46,937 nt of DNA. It comes from Trichomonas gallinae (lineage: Eukaryota). The DNA lies in the NCBI GenBank assembly GCA_008369845.1, contig MRSU01010447.1, positions 1 through 46,937 of the forward strand. Reading direction: 5' to 3'. Numbering within the stretch: the stretch's first letter is position 1; every line of letters begins with the position of its first letter. The notes under the pieces are model-generated. The model saw nothing but the letters and a program-made list of their open reading frames with translations, searched no databases and was not told where the DNA came from. Positions 17,901-30,000 of the stretch are shown here, piece after piece. The translations under genes and the position numbers were made by a program.

Positions 17901-17965
17901 GCTCAAGCAGTTCCAACAGTTCTAGCAGCTCCAGTAGCTCATCTGATAGCGAGAGTTCCGAGTAA
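14939..17965 (+). CDS. PDS5: Sister-chromatid cohesion protein Pds5 homologue (HEAT repeats), 1008 aa
   Basis: APNFPF near the N-terminus; HEAT motifs RHRDESDEIR, LTDPSSNVRL and RIQDKDSRV; LALSATDPVK and LPYLIHVLAHHSDF match Pds5 C-terminal signatures; basic then Ser-rich tail. Confidence 0.85.
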   Translation: MKAKEFLALELFDPELDSSKLTENIANLAKFLSEQQAPFSLETLRPTMSFLLETEDLMATHKVEQQIDLTRAFIYAFSLTAPNFPFDDDLTNILPRLYHLIAQGLPALEEKDEKELTNILNNANEINFFVLPKESTSVTEIFDALSELDAKASLVSIKHLINATDRIPMQIIQEIIEHLSNDKAKDIIKSISTQKQNELLTGIRSIFQGAEAIDATAKVSEILEVAPEELYGSLRGEVISEEKSTREAAIRLFTKTLAHQKITKDTADYFFSIVGRHRDESDEIRKMVIQFCFTILHNLKDFKVPGYKPNSLIETIWNAIQMALTDPSSNVRLAVVKGISKMKLNEIKIDIQEFAKRIQDKDSRVNTKALDILLEFYAKDPEGFKWLEEPAIRLYPTFKTIPLTAFSTFIAHRPLLDIMDGLEDRRNLLRILNDTNIFRGLAPRYKEAEVKEQIEAFVPLKVLKTAVKHSPKFFENALDQKQRSRLRKHLKKSLETEQVYNLLGYYQPIPALPSDVLEWDNTTYAKEYAEVFYSDFEEYIPEMTKRMSSTDIAVFTKMEKAEIKDLPEVLKALVKATTTGDRLEAIEAISVLFKPGNEKILKRIKFAKDEKVEKIKFFARIGVASLVPDDILSEIEDEYEEFDQEQAIWALKLMTTQDPTRCINFHVKVVEKFPCETFDSYLKCASLENTELYYAATEPEIFRKFASIVQAIDPDVRQHCIEQLNIALTNPQTPIQFLCLLALSATDPVKKHVKLAEEYLKKQIQFRRDILKKIKKSSSQVTPVTALPYLIHVLAHHSDFEKDAPKFQSFALYIRAFMKPLTEGTNNYEAIMEVLRHMKYAEDIDEDYTENMCKLVDVSLSVIMDIVGNKIWDQPSQSNDVMLSQRYFKPCEDIDRIKVDLLKMKFDIIKSPAKPKTILNAGMSPVKPTKYKRRGRAVKDKDKEKTKTTDKKKKKKQESSSSSSSSDSSSSSSSSSKSSSSSSSSSTSSSSSNSSSSSSSSSDSESSE
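17813..17962 (+). repeat. Low-complexity poly-serine tail of Pds5
   Basis: About 50 codons, nearly all Ser, using mixed TCA/TCT/TCC/AGC/AGT codons. Confidence 0.85.
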
Positions 17966-18545
17966 TTATTGTGATATTCATTAAAAGTGTGATATTTTAT
18001 ATTAAATTTCTCTATATTTTATATTATATGCCATCATAGATTTGAAAAATTTAAAAAGCATTTTTTCTGGATTAAATAACATTGCTATATAGCGAAATGC
18101 ACAAATCATCTCAAAAATTAAATGAATATATAATATTATCAAACAATCAATTTGATTAGTTGACCAAATTCAATTGTATCACAGCCAAAATTCTTTAAAC
18201 ATAATATTGAAACATTTCTTGTATGTAAAACTTCAAGTTTTGTTATATCTCGAAATTATAGGATTGTTTTGGCTAGCACCCATTATAAGTATTGTTTATG
18301 TAGGCCTATACTACCTACTCCCAAATTTTCAGCCTTTTTTGATGTGATTTTCTTTTTCACGAGTTTCTACTAAAAATTGTGATAGATTATATGCTGTTTT
18401 TGCTATTTACTGAACAAAATAAACTTTTGCCGTTAATTTTTCATGTCAAAATAAGCAAAAGTGAAAAATTTTTAGTGAAATAGATAATTAACATGTTGAC
18501 AATCCTATTTTCATCAAAATTTAAAGCTTACAATTTCATAAAAAA

Positions 18546-21158
18546 ATGCATCATGATTTATTGAACTCGATCAACACATTTTCGTCTTTTTTCGACACAC
18601 CTGTTGTTCTTCACTGCGAAAAGGAGAATTATTTCCAGTACAACACGGAATTAACTCATCCTTCCGCATTTCAAGAAAATGAAAATGACACGAACAACGA
18701 AATTCATCCTATTTTCGACCCTGTCGTCTTCAATCCACTGTCAGAATTCCATAGAGGCGAACAAATCGTCGTAGATCGTCCTAATTTCGACGTTTTTACA
18801 AAAGATTCGATAAAATACCACATCGGACTGCTAAAACCATATGATTCAACGAACGGAACGAGAAGGTGGATGATGGCGGGCGAACAACTGATATTAATGA
18901 TATCAACAGACGGAAAGGAATTTTTCGTTTACAATCCAACAATGATAAATTCGAAATCTAGATACTTTTTGATAAAAGAAAACGATGTACCAATCAAATT
19001 TACCATCAAATCATTACTAAGCAAGCTAGATGGCGCAATTCAATTATTTAATGATATTTATATGAAAGAAAAATCAGCAACATTCGAATGGTTTTTCAAG
19101 TCTATCGTTGTATCAGGCGGATTTCCACCTGTTGTCAATCAAACATTCGGATTTTACAAGTCTTTATTACAACATCCGCAGTTTTTGTATATTTTCGCCG
19201 TGTCTTTAGCTCAAAACTCACTAAAACCAGAGGTGGTTGAAGCGTGGTACAAATTTGCGCATGATAATTTTCCAACATTATATCCTTCTTTAGTTATTAT
19301 GCATTTGAACACGCAAGGCAAAAATCCGACTGTTTTCTTCAACAAATCACTCATCGGACATGTTACAAGATACATAATTTCGCAAGAAATCGGACAAAAA
19401 TTGCCAATTACAGGCAGCAAAATAAAACCAGACGTTCAGATGGCGCAATTCATACAGAGAGTGTGGTCTCCTGAATGCAGGTTCATCTTTTACACTTTAT
19501 TCTCAATATACAAGAAATATAACGATTTTAACTTCACTTTTGAATCTTTATCAATTTTGTTCTTTGGAAACAAATGCGATGAAGCTACACTCAGCCAAAT
19601 GACACGCTTTTCTACGATTTATTCAGTATTTCCACAAGATTACGAATTATATACTGGTTTGAACGTAACTGTTGCTCACGCATCAGCCATAATGACAGCA
19701 GTCTTACAATCGAAAGATACAATGCTCAATACAGCGATGATCACTGATTTTCCGAAAATCGTCCAAACAATCACCAAAATCTACAGCACAGGCAACTACG
19801 TCATCACAGCCGAAGACGACTACCGCACACAGGACATCAAGGACTCAGAGAGAAGAAAAAGTGTGCAACTGGCTTCGGACGTTTTCGAAGTCGAGGCACG
19901 CAGCAATGTTTATCAGTCTGTGAGGCCCAAATCTATCTCTATGTCTCTCAGGTCAGCATCAACATATGAGTTTGGTGCCAACTCAGAGGCCAGGCTTAGG
20001 CCTAGCTTCATTGTGCCATCGACAACAGAGATAGGATCAGAATTAACTGCCGATCAACTCAAAAATGTAAAACCTTCGAAATTCGATTTCAGCGACAGCG
20101 ACAGGCTTCCTGACGACGAAGCCTCTGTTCCACAGCAGAACAGGCTTCCTAAGCCACCCAAAGAAGCCATCGAAGACGCCGTGAAAACTCTATCAGACGA
20201 ATACGCGACTCACAAGACGCAGACAGACGAAGCAACATCATCGAAAGTGTTGAGCATGGGACCAGTCAAGAAAGTCGAAGCTCCAGAGAGAGCCAGCGTC
20301 GTCGATGACAGCTCAAGCGAAGAAGACGAAGAAGAAAGCTCAGATTCATACGTTCTGTCAACACAAGACTTCCACACAACCGACGCAAACAACGAAAAAG
20401 CTCCAAAAGCTCAAAGCAAAGATGAGAAAAATGACGAAAAGCAAAAATCTCCAGAGAAAAGCGAAGAGAACTCAAAAATTGAAGAAAAACCAAAATCTGA
20501 AGATAAAAAGTCTTCCCACAAAGAAGAAAAGAAGTCGACCGACTCGAAATCAAAGAAAGAAGAAGAAAAGAAAGTTGAGGAGCCAAAACTGAAGCCGGTT
20601 GAAGAGAAGGTCTCTAAATACAGCGTCGTTGATGATATTGGCGAAGAAGAGAATGATGAGAAAGAGCACAAGAAGTCGAACAAGAACAAGTTTGGCGTCG
20701 AGAGGCATGAAAATAAGCACGACAACAAACTGAAGACACCGAATAAGAACAAATACAATTTTGATGACGACGAAGAGGATGAGCCAAGCAAAGAGCAACC
20801 AAAGCCAAAACCAAAGAAACCAGAGCCGAAGAAGAACAAATACTCAGTCGACGAAGATGATACAGCAGAATCGATTGAGTTAAAGAGTAGAGATGTAAAG
20901 GGAGAGAAAGAAGACTCGGTGGAGTCAGTGAAGTCAATAGAGCAGCCAAAGAAGCCGAGGAAGAAAGTGGACTACAACGCTTACTCTTCTGAGTCGGCAA
21001 TTAGCACGCCGAAGAAGAAAATCGACGACGACAAGAAAAGTGTCGCATCAACTGTTTCGAAGAAATCAATCGCTGATACGCCTGATCCAGTCTCTCTGGA
21101 CACAAACGACTACTCCCCGACGCAATACACAGACTCAGGCCCCGCTGTATCTGTTTAA
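18546..21158 (+). CDS. Hypothetical protein (870 aa): folded N-half (possible PH plus degenerate RasGAP-like) and a K/E/D/S-rich disordered C-half
   Basis: Long ORF with Inr-like TTCATA just upstream. The domain guess rests only on weak motif resemblance. Confidence 0.75.
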   Translation: MHHDLLNSINTFSSFFDTPVVLHCEKENYFQYNTELTHPSAFQENENDTNNEIHPIFDPVVFNPLSEFHRGEQIVVDRPNFDVFTKDSIKYHIGLLKPYDSTNGTRRWMMAGEQLILMISTDGKEFFVYNPTMINSKSRYFLIKENDVPIKFTIKSLLSKLDGAIQLFNDIYMKEKSATFEWFFKSIVVSGGFPPVVNQTFGFYKSLLQHPQFLYIFAVSLAQNSLKPEVVEAWYKFAHDNFPTLYPSLVIMHLNTQGKNPTVFFNKSLIGHVTRYIISQEIGQKLPITGSKIKPDVQMAQFIQRVWSPECRFIFYTLFSIYKKYNDFNFTFESLSILFFGNKCDEATLSQMTRFSTIYSVFPQDYELYTGLNVTVAHASAIMTAVLQSKDTMLNTAMITDFPKIVQTITKIYSTGNYVITAEDDYRTQDIKDSERRKSVQLASDVFEVEARSNVYQSVRPKSISMSLRSASTYEFGANSEARLRPSFIVPSTTEIGSELTADQLKNVKPSKFDFSDSDRLPDDEASVPQQNRLPKPPKEAIEDAVKTLSDEYATHKTQTDEATSSKVLSMGPVKKVEAPERASVVDDSSSEEDEEESSDSYVLSTQDFHTTDANNEKAPKAQSKDEKNDEKQKSPEKSEENSKIEEKPKSEDKKSSHKEEKKSTDSKSKKEEEKKVEEPKLKPVEEKVSKYSVVDDIGEEENDEKEHKKSNKNKFGVERHENKHDNKLKTPNKNKYNFDDDEEDEPSKEQPKPKPKKPEPKKNKYSVDEDDTAESIELKSRDVKGEKEDSVESVKSIEQPKKPRKKVDYNAYSSESAISTPKKKIDDDKKSVASTVSKKSIADTPDPVSLDTNDYSPTQYTDSGPAVSV

Positions 21159-21539
21159 AATAAATATTGTTAGTTAACTATGTTTATAATTTGAATCATT
21201 TATTTTATCTTATTATATAATGCAAATCTAGATTTGACTTTCCAAAATCACCAAATATTTAATTACCTAAGTTATTGTTTTGGACACATAAGAATATTAT
21301 CCTAAATATAGACTTCCAATGTTTGTGCTACATGGTTAGAAATTCGATTTTTCATTTCTCAATTTTTATCATTTCACAGTTCCGCAAGCTAACAACTGCA
21401 GATGACATTATGTAGTATACATCTATTGAATCGTTATGTGTGCAGTATCGTATATTGAGCAAAAAATTGAATTTTGTAGAAAAATGATTTTTGTTAGGAT
21501 ATTGAGATATGTTTACTTAACACATATGAGGGGAAAGCT

Positions 21540-22934
21540 TTATTTGGACGGAGCATCCTCTCTGACGAGTGGCTGAAGCCTCTCGTTGTCGTCTGGAGAT
21601 GGAACAATGATTGTGAAGCACATCGCTGCTGCGAGGAATGCGAAAACGCATCCCGAAGCGATGATTGGACCCTTCTTACCCTTTGTAAATGCGCCGACAC
21701 CAGATCCGATGACCCAGTTGGCTAATTGCTGACCGCCGACGACGAAAATGTTGAGAATGCCCATGTAGGTGCCCATATCCTCGTCAGAGGCGTAGACACC
21801 GACAATAGCGTAAGGGACCGAGTTGAAAACTGAGCATGCGATGCCGAGTGGAGCTAATAAACCTAATGCGATCCATTTGTTTGTAATCCAGAAGATTGGA
21901 ATAAGGCAGATGCCTTCGATGATCTGGCTGAGTGCATAAGATACCTTTAGACCGATGCATTTAATGACTGCGTCTTGAATGAAAGAGAAAATCATGACAA
22001 GAATTGAAGAAATGCCAATAATGATGAAGCCAAAGCGTGTACCAGCATCATGGTCATCTGGGAAGAGGTCATTTCCAGCGTAGCTTGTGCATTCGTTGTT
22101 GAATTCTGTGTAAGCCATCCAAGAAAGAAGATAAACGATTGAAATGCGAAGAACTGGCTTTGGCATTGTCTTGAATGAGCGGAAAATCTGAGTGAATGGG
22201 TTAGGACGGTCGAGATTCTCGCGGAATTGTTCTTCACGAGCTGAAATGACTGTAATGCTAACTGTGACGATGATAAAGATGCAGCCGCAGATAATGAGGA
22301 GTTTGTCGTAGGAGAAAATCGTGTATTTAGCGAGGTTGAAGCCAGCGATGAAGTTCGAGAAAACCTGTGCGAGACCAATCAAAACAGACGCGACAGAATT
22401 GCCAAGAACCTGCTGGTCCTTCGGAATAAGGTCAGCAATAATCGTTCTTGCCGGCGCCTGAAGAAGATTAACAGAAGTGAAGATCAGAGTCAGCGAAATG
22501 ATCAAGAAAACGATTCTCCACGGTCTTGGGTTCTCCTTGGATATCAAGGCGCCAAGCTCGCGGCAAAAATAGAAGATAATCAAACCAATAATCGCGCCAG
22601 AGCCGCCGGCGATGATAAATGGACGGCGGCGGCCGATCTTTGCGTGGAGGCCGTCAGAGTAGTAACCGACTAAAGGCTGGCAGATGAATCCTGTAAGTGG
22701 ACCTATTAAATAAATCCAGGATCTGTAGATCTGAGGAATTGCAATCTCCTTGGAATCCATGAACGGTGACAATAAACCGAAAACAACTGTGAAAATCGTC
22801 TGATAGCCAAACATCGAACAGCAAATGCCGAGAATTCGCCATATTGACAGCTTATCTCTCTTAGCAAGAGGCACCCAGTCATCGGTAGCCTTTATATCTT
22901 CGTACGTATATGATGCAGATGGATCACTTTTCAT
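21540..22934 (-). CDS. MFS transporter of the sucrose/H+ symporter (SUT/SLC45, GPH) family, 464 aa
   Basis: IGPLTGFICQPLVGYYSD...GRRRPFI, QAPARTIIADL, LSWMAY, SVPYAIV and GTYMGILNIFVV; about 12 hydrophobic segments. Confidence 0.92.
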   Translation of the reverse strand: MKSDPSASYTYEDIKATDDWVPLAKRDKLSIWRILGICCSMFGYQTIFTVVFGLLSPFMDSKEIAIPQIYRSWIYLIGPLTGFICQPLVGYYSDGLHAKIGRRRPFIIAGGSGAIIGLIIFYFCRELGALISKENPRPWRIVFLIISLTLIFTSVNLLQAPARTIIADLIPKDQQVLGNSVASVLIGLAQVFSNFIAGFNLAKYTIFSYDKLLIICGCIFIIVTVSITVISAREEQFRENLDRPNPFTQIFRSFKTMPKPVLRISIVYLLSWMAYTEFNNECTSYAGNDLFPDDHDAGTRFGFIIIGISSILVMIFSFIQDAVIKCIGLKVSYALSQIIEGICLIPIFWITNKWIALGLLAPLGIACSVFNSVPYAIVGVYASDEDMGTYMGILNIFVVGGQQLANWVIGSGVGAFTKGKKGPIIASGCVFAFLAAAMCFTIIVPSPDDNERLQPLVREDAPSK

Positions 22935-23422
22935 GTTTTTTTTTTGATTTTTCTACCGTGAAATGAAACCAAAAACTTATTTTCACATATATTACATATA
23001 TTTATTATTATGTTTTTTATCTCCTTTCTTCACAATTTTGATTATAAAAAAATCATTTTTTCTCTTGAGACAATAGAGATATTCATGCCCAGCCTATCGA
23101 TATCAATACATATATAGTTATATAATAAAAAAGTCAGTAATAAAAATGCGAAATGTTGGTTCAAAAAGGAGATAATCTTTTCACAGTTTTGTCGAGAGAC
23201 AATACAAACGATGGGGAAATAATTTCATTTTTAATGTGATAAATATCATAAGCATATTATGTATAACCTACATCTTAGGTTTTTATTATGTCTTGACAAT
23301 GTTTCGCATTTTTGGAATTTAAAAAATGATTTTTAAAGCCCAATTTTATGATATTTAAAATAGACATTTTATATATAAAATAATAAACACAAAAAGAAAG
23401 ATTTTTATTGTTTGCAAAATTC

Positions 23423-23465
23423 TGACAAACGTCAAAATTATGTCAAAATATGTCAAATGTCAAAA
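23423..23465. repeat. Tandem (T)GTCAAA cluster at about 10-bp spacing
   Basis: TGACAAA (23423), GTCAAAA (23431), TGTCAAAA (23441), TGTCAAA (23451), TGTCAAAA (23458). Confidence 0.6.
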
Positions 23466-24073
23466 ATCAAAAAACCTGTAATAATGTTTTTTCTCTTTGT
23501 TTTTAACTGTTTACATTGGAAATCGGTCCACAGATAAGCAATATTACGAACGTAGCGCATTTTTGTTTAACTTTGATTTAATTATTTTCCTTAAGAGCGT
23601 TAATATTTCATTTTTTTCAATAATTTGTTAAAAATCAACCAGCAGCTTATAATATACGTGTTTGTAACCTTATATCACTGTACTGCAAGCTTCTTGTCTC
23701 TGAACTTCGTCATTTTGATCGTAAAATTAATTATATCTGGCGCAATCGATGATTTCGAACGAAAATATATAGATAAAATAGACTTTTATATAGAATTATG
23801 TGGACCAAATATATGCTTTTCGATCATAATTTGCCAGAAAATTCGAAATCGACACAAAATGATCGAAAATGTTACAACATCATTAAAGAAACATATTTTG
23901 TAGATGTTTTAGAATCTAGTTCAACCATTTTTATTGATTAAATTCATAGTTTTTCATGTTTTATATATTTTTTTCGAGAAATAAGCAATTTTCAATAATT
24001 TTCTTACATGTTAAAGTTCTAAAAACAATATTCTTATATCTGAAGTCTTTTTTTATAATTTTTTCTCGCTTTT

Positions 24074-27000
24074 ATGGCGAGTTTTGGGACATCGAAGCAA
24101 ATCTTGATAATAAACCCATATGATATCCCAAAACTCGACAGCTACAGGATGTGGAAGCTGACGAGGCGAGAATTAATCAAAGATTTCGAAGATTCAGTTA
24201 TCGAAATTTCTGATCACGAATTAAAGAAAGTTTTCAACGAATGGACTGGCGCGTTGATACTAAGACTCCAAAGTGGCGTCAAAAGCGCCCAAATGGCGTC
24301 GCTATTGACAATATCTATTCTTTTTCATTTCCAAAAAATGGCAGAGGACATTTCAAACTACTTAAAACGCATAGAAATACTTTTAGAAAGCGACGACATA
24401 GAAGTTTGTCGTGCAGCAGGAAAGACTTTACGTTGGTTTGCCGAAGATTATGACGATAATCAAGTTTTCCTTCAAGAAACACTCGAATTAGCGAATAAAT
24501 GGCTCGAATCAGACAAAAGAAGCGAGAAATTGTTTAATGCGTTCGAAATTCTTTACGAGGTTGGAAGATTTCAGCCTTCAAACGTTTTAGCGATTTTTGC
24601 AAGACATTTCGACGTTATTATTCCTTCAGTATCATCAACGAACCCAGATTTAAGCAAAGTTGCGAAAAAAACTATAATTACACATATTCGACAGGTTTCC
24701 ATTGATGTTGGTGACTCATTTGCAGGCACAATATACTTTGACTGCATATGCGCACTTAAGAACCCAAAATGCCCGTCTGTCTGCAATTTTTTGCAGATAT
24801 TAAAAACAATTTACAAAGAATACATTTCTGTCGTTGATCCTTTGATGGTTGTAGGCTTAGTCATCAATACGTTGAATCACACACAAATAGACACGTTAAA
24901 ATGCGCGGTTTCTTTTTTAAAATTAATTTCCGAGAAAACTCCAAAAGTTTTTCAGCCTTCTCACGGCGACAAAATTATCACAGCATTTCAAACGCAAATA
25001 ACAAAGCATCAAAACGATTTAGAGATTTTTCCATTGATAAAAATTATTGCTGCTTGTCTTCCTTTAGATGTGATTCCTTACATAATTCTCGTTAACTCAT
25101 TATTGATGATTATCGACAACAAACAGCTTGCTTTTCAACACGAATCAGCATATGAAATTTTACAGATAATTTTCGCGAGAACACCGAAAGATGCTTTTAG
25201 CATAGATACATTTTACGGAAGAGAGCCGAATATTGGCCTTCTCAAGCTTGTTACTTTAATTAATGATCATTCGAAGTTGATGACTCCTTTTTTCATCGAT
25301 TGGGTCAACAAAGGATTCACTTATGGGGCAACTACAAGGTCAGTGATGATATCTTTGACTGTTTTACAGTATTTTAGAGACTTTATTCCGATGCAAGATG
25401 ATTATCTTACAGAAGAAATTGAGAGATTCATTGCTCATCCAGATATTGAAGTTAGATGCAGAGCGGCTGATGCACTTTCATCGTTTTCATCAGCTAGGGC
25501 AATTTTAACTTTAATTAATTTAGCAATAAATGATATTTCCAAGGAAGTAAGAATATATTCGATGAAGTTATTGCGTGCAGAACATATTTGCTCGCACATT
25601 CAATTGCTTTCCCAGTTAATTAACGACAAATCAGCAAAAATTAGAAACGTAAGCATAGAAATCCTCTCGAAAGCAGCAGAATTATCACCAGCTTTCATAA
25701 CTAATCTGATGATTCCAGCAGTAAACAGGTACATTTCGTTGATAATTTCGCCGAAATCACCAAAAGAAAATGCAAAACTGTGTTCATCGATTCCTGTTAT
25801 TGCAAAATATTTCTCCAAGATTATCCCATCAATTATACCCACTTTAATCTGGTGCTGCGTCTATTTACTCAACGGCGAAAAAGAATTTCCAAAATTTTTC
25901 GATACTTTTCCAGAAAATTCGCTGCCGAAAGACTCACTTTTAATTCCATCGGATCTTTCGCAGGTAAAACACTACGACCCGTCTGTTTCTTCCACTTCAG
26001 AGCTGTGGAAGTCAATAAAAAATCGAAGCCAAAACGTTTTAACAGTTTTGTCCGTCATAAGAAAAAAGTGGGATGAAGTCCGCGATTTGTATCTCTTCGA
26101 AGCTTTAGGTGAGCTTTCAGAATACATCACCCCTTATATATTACAAGTGATACCAGTCTTCTCTGATTCTTTCAACTCCAAAAGAAATTTATCGATTCAC
26201 AAAGTTGCAGTGAAAAATTTAACAAAAATTGTCAAAGTTTTCAACAAATTCGGAAATTTTAGATGTTTGTTCCCTGAATTGACGCTATCGCTAGCGAATC
26301 TGATGATAAGAGAGGCGAACCACGAATTTTCGGGAGAAATTTTGAAGTTAATCGGAAATATTGGTTTTTCTAATCTAGAAAACAAAATCACAAAAAATTT
26401 CACTCCTAGAAAATTCGACGAAGACTTTTCGCATAAATATCTCATAGACATAATCTTCAAGATGTTCAACAAGCCGTCAGAGACATTGATGGCGACACTG
26501 GTGTCTCTAGTCGCGAAGGAGAAAAATTTAATTTTAAGATTTCTCGACAAAATTCTGCATTTATTTGTTGACTCATTATATGTTTTAGAAAGCATAGGAG
26601 CTGTTTTCATGCAACTAGACATAGTCTGCTACTACTGTGGAGAAGAAATCTCGCCCTATTTATATATAATCAAGGATTTATTGAAAGAAAACATGTCAAA
26701 CAATTTCTGCGTGAAAGTTTGCACGACTTTGTCGATGAGATTGAAATCGGAATTTAACGAATACGCGAAAATATTATATCCAGAGTCACTCAAAAACATA
26801 AAAACGACAGAAAGAATATTGTTCAAGGCAATAATAAAGTTCGCGACGTCTGTTATAATCAATCAGAACATGAACGAAAGACTTTTCATCGAATCAATCG
26901 AAGACAGACTGAATTCGAAGAACTTGCAAAATGACAATAGATTCGTTTTCGTCATTTTCAAGGCTTTTTCGAGATTGGCGCAATATTCTAAGTCGAAACT

Positions 27001-30000
27001 ATTCATGCCAAGAATGGCTCAAATTGTTTTCAAGTTACAGCCGCAAGTCACTCAGCAGTTTCTTGACTTGCTAACGAATTTGTGCCTGTTTGGTGGCGTT
27101 AGCATTCCTATTGTCCTCCACTACATCAAATTCGACAAAAAACTCGCTGATCAACTCAAAATCGTCGAAAACATGTTGAATACAAAAAAGTGGACAATAA
27201 AAGAAACAAATATAATCAAAGACTTGGAATTAACGTTTGACGACAAATACTACGAAAAGGTTGTACCTTTGCTGCCTCAAACTAAGAAGTTTGTTTTGCT
27301 TTCGCTGAAAGAGCCAATACATTACAACAACCAAAAATGGATGAATGACGTCGCGATTTTAGTCATGCAAAACTCACCTAGTGAAACTATTCGAAGCTGC
27401 TCTTCTTTAATAATTTCGTCAAACAACGCTGTTAAAGCTTTGTTTCCCATCGCATTCACGACTTATTGGATTGTTTCGTCAACAGAAGAGAAAAATTTCT
27501 TCTCGAAGATGGTTTTGAATTTGTTGAAATCCAAATCAATAATAGATCCAGCAATTTTCAGTTTAATCAAATTATTAGAGTTCATAGGTTTACCTTTATC
27601 TATTGATGATTCTATTATTTCGGAATCGAAAGCATCTGAGCCTCTTATGAGGTTTTATTTGCAGCGACAAATCAAAAATAATCCAAATAATTTTGACGCA
27701 ATCAAAAAACTGTTTAATCTCGATGTCAAAATGTCATTACACGACAGTTCAAGAGCAATCGGAGAGATAGTCATTAAATCAAAGAATTCAGAAGCAGGAA
27801 TGGTCTACGAGAGTCTCAGCGAGTGGGAAAAGGCTTTGGAGTTTTACAAAAATCACAAAAATCATAACCAAGACTTTTTGATAATGAAATGCTTAGCGAA
27901 ACTCGAAAGATACGACGAATTATTAAACTACGAAGATAAGTTTAATAGCTTGAATGCAGAAAACAAGTCTTTGCTCAGCCTGGCTTTCGCGAAAGCTAAT
28001 TTTTATCACGGCGACAAAAATAAAATTCAACATTTTCTGAGTTTCGCGATTTATCAAAATTTCCCTGAAATGATTTTCAACAGGGCAAGTTTCTACGTTG
28101 AAATAGGCAAATACGAGGAGGCACAGAAGATGATAGATAACTGCTTCTTTACAATTGCCCAGGGACAAACATCAATGAACAATCACGATTTCATCGAAAA
28201 CTTGAAAATTTCTCAGTTATTAATCGAACTAGAAGACATAATAAATGAAAAGCTAAACAACACGACACCTAAAAATAAAACTCTAGATATAGATGCTCCT
28301 TTATCTATGTGGATTTCGCTCTTCGACATAAGAAACATTTCGCGCAAATCGAACATAAACTTGTGCAAGAATTTAATAAGCGCCATGAGAAGAAAATGTG
28401 ACTCAAGATACAGCTCACTTATCGAAAAGAGGATTTCATTGTACTGCATACATCCAGACATAGCAAAAGCAGCACTGAAATTAAAATGGGAGGAAGGAAA
28501 AAGATCAGAAGCTTTGACAATGATCAGCAAAATTATTTCATTCATAGAAAGCGAAAATTTATCAGAACTCAAACATTTCATGCAAGAAAAACTATTATCG
28601 AATAAATCTATAGATGAAGAAAATTTTGTCAAAGGCTTCGCAGACAAAAAATATCAAAGCGACATTTACAGAATGAAAAGTTACTGGCTTTTGTATGACA
28701 AAAACAATCTTGAGACTGTTACAGATATAATCAACTTAAGCAGGAAGTCTTTTGATTTATCAAATAACTTGAAAGCTGCCGAAAATCTTGTCATGGGTTT
28801 CTACAAATACAAGAATTTAACAGGAGACCAAATTTTTGTTCCCGAAGAAATCAAAACGATAAAATACGTTTTAAACATCAAATACCAAATATTCCCTATA
28901 ATAGAATTATTCAACATCATCAAGAATTTCCCGGAGTTCTTTGAAAATTCACAAATTCCTTTCGAATGGATCCATCCAGTTCAGTTTTTGTTTTTCACGT
29001 TTTTAAACAACGAAAACCAAAAATCTCACGAAATATTCTTCAAATTGCTCCAAGAGAACATGAATGATCATTTAAACGAAATGCTATACGACATTCAGTA
29101 TTATTCTAACATTAATGAAAAAAATAAGAAAGAAATTAAACAATTACACACAGAGAAAAACTCGAATCTATTCCACACTTTAAATTTATTTTCCAAAGGA
29201 ATCAAAAAAGCTTTGTCCACCGTTCCTGAGCGGATGCTGCACATGATCATCAACGAATGGGTTCCTTCTGTGATGGAGAACACGACAGAAGTTTTAGTTG
29301 AAATCAGATCTTTCCTCAAAACAATGAAAGACGAAATATCTGCACTCGACAATGCGTTTTTAATTGCTCTCGACGATGACATCAAAGTTTTCATTGAATC
29401 ACTAAATAAATTCGTCTCTGAAGGCTCCACGAAACCAAATATAATTCTCGACTCACTGAAAGAACTGCAAATACAATTAGAAAAGGAAATAAACTCAATA
29501 GGAGCTTTACAATTAAATTCTGTTTCGCCGATTTTGTCAGAAAATGATTTTTCGCTTCTTCCTGTTATATCCAATTCTTTTACAAATGAAAAGATATCCA
29601 AAATTGATCAAATCGTCAACGCTCATCCAGATAGAATCCTTTCTCGCTCAATTTCGTTGATTACAAACGAAGGAGTTGCCTATAGATATTTGGTGCAGCC
29701 AACAGATCAATCTATCGACAGGAAACTTTCATATTGTATCAAGACATTTTCGAGGTACAGAAAATTCGCAAATATCAGCAACATAACAACAATCGACATC
29801 ATATCTTTGTCAAAAGAGGTTTCTTTGATGAAAATACCAGAAAACTTCCAGAGCATCAAAAAATTCATAACTATTTACAGAGAAGCGAAACTTCCAAAAG
29901 TTAAATCCGAAGAACAAACAGTTTATGAACATACTTCACTAAAATATGACGTTTTGACTAAATTGCAACGCTTGGAAGTTTTCGACACAGTCATCAAAAA

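Noticed and set aside
23500..23903. 92-aa plus-strand ORF and a stop-interrupted minus-strand frame
   Set aside because: TTG start, no recognisable motifs, and too many stops to support even a pseudogene call by eye.
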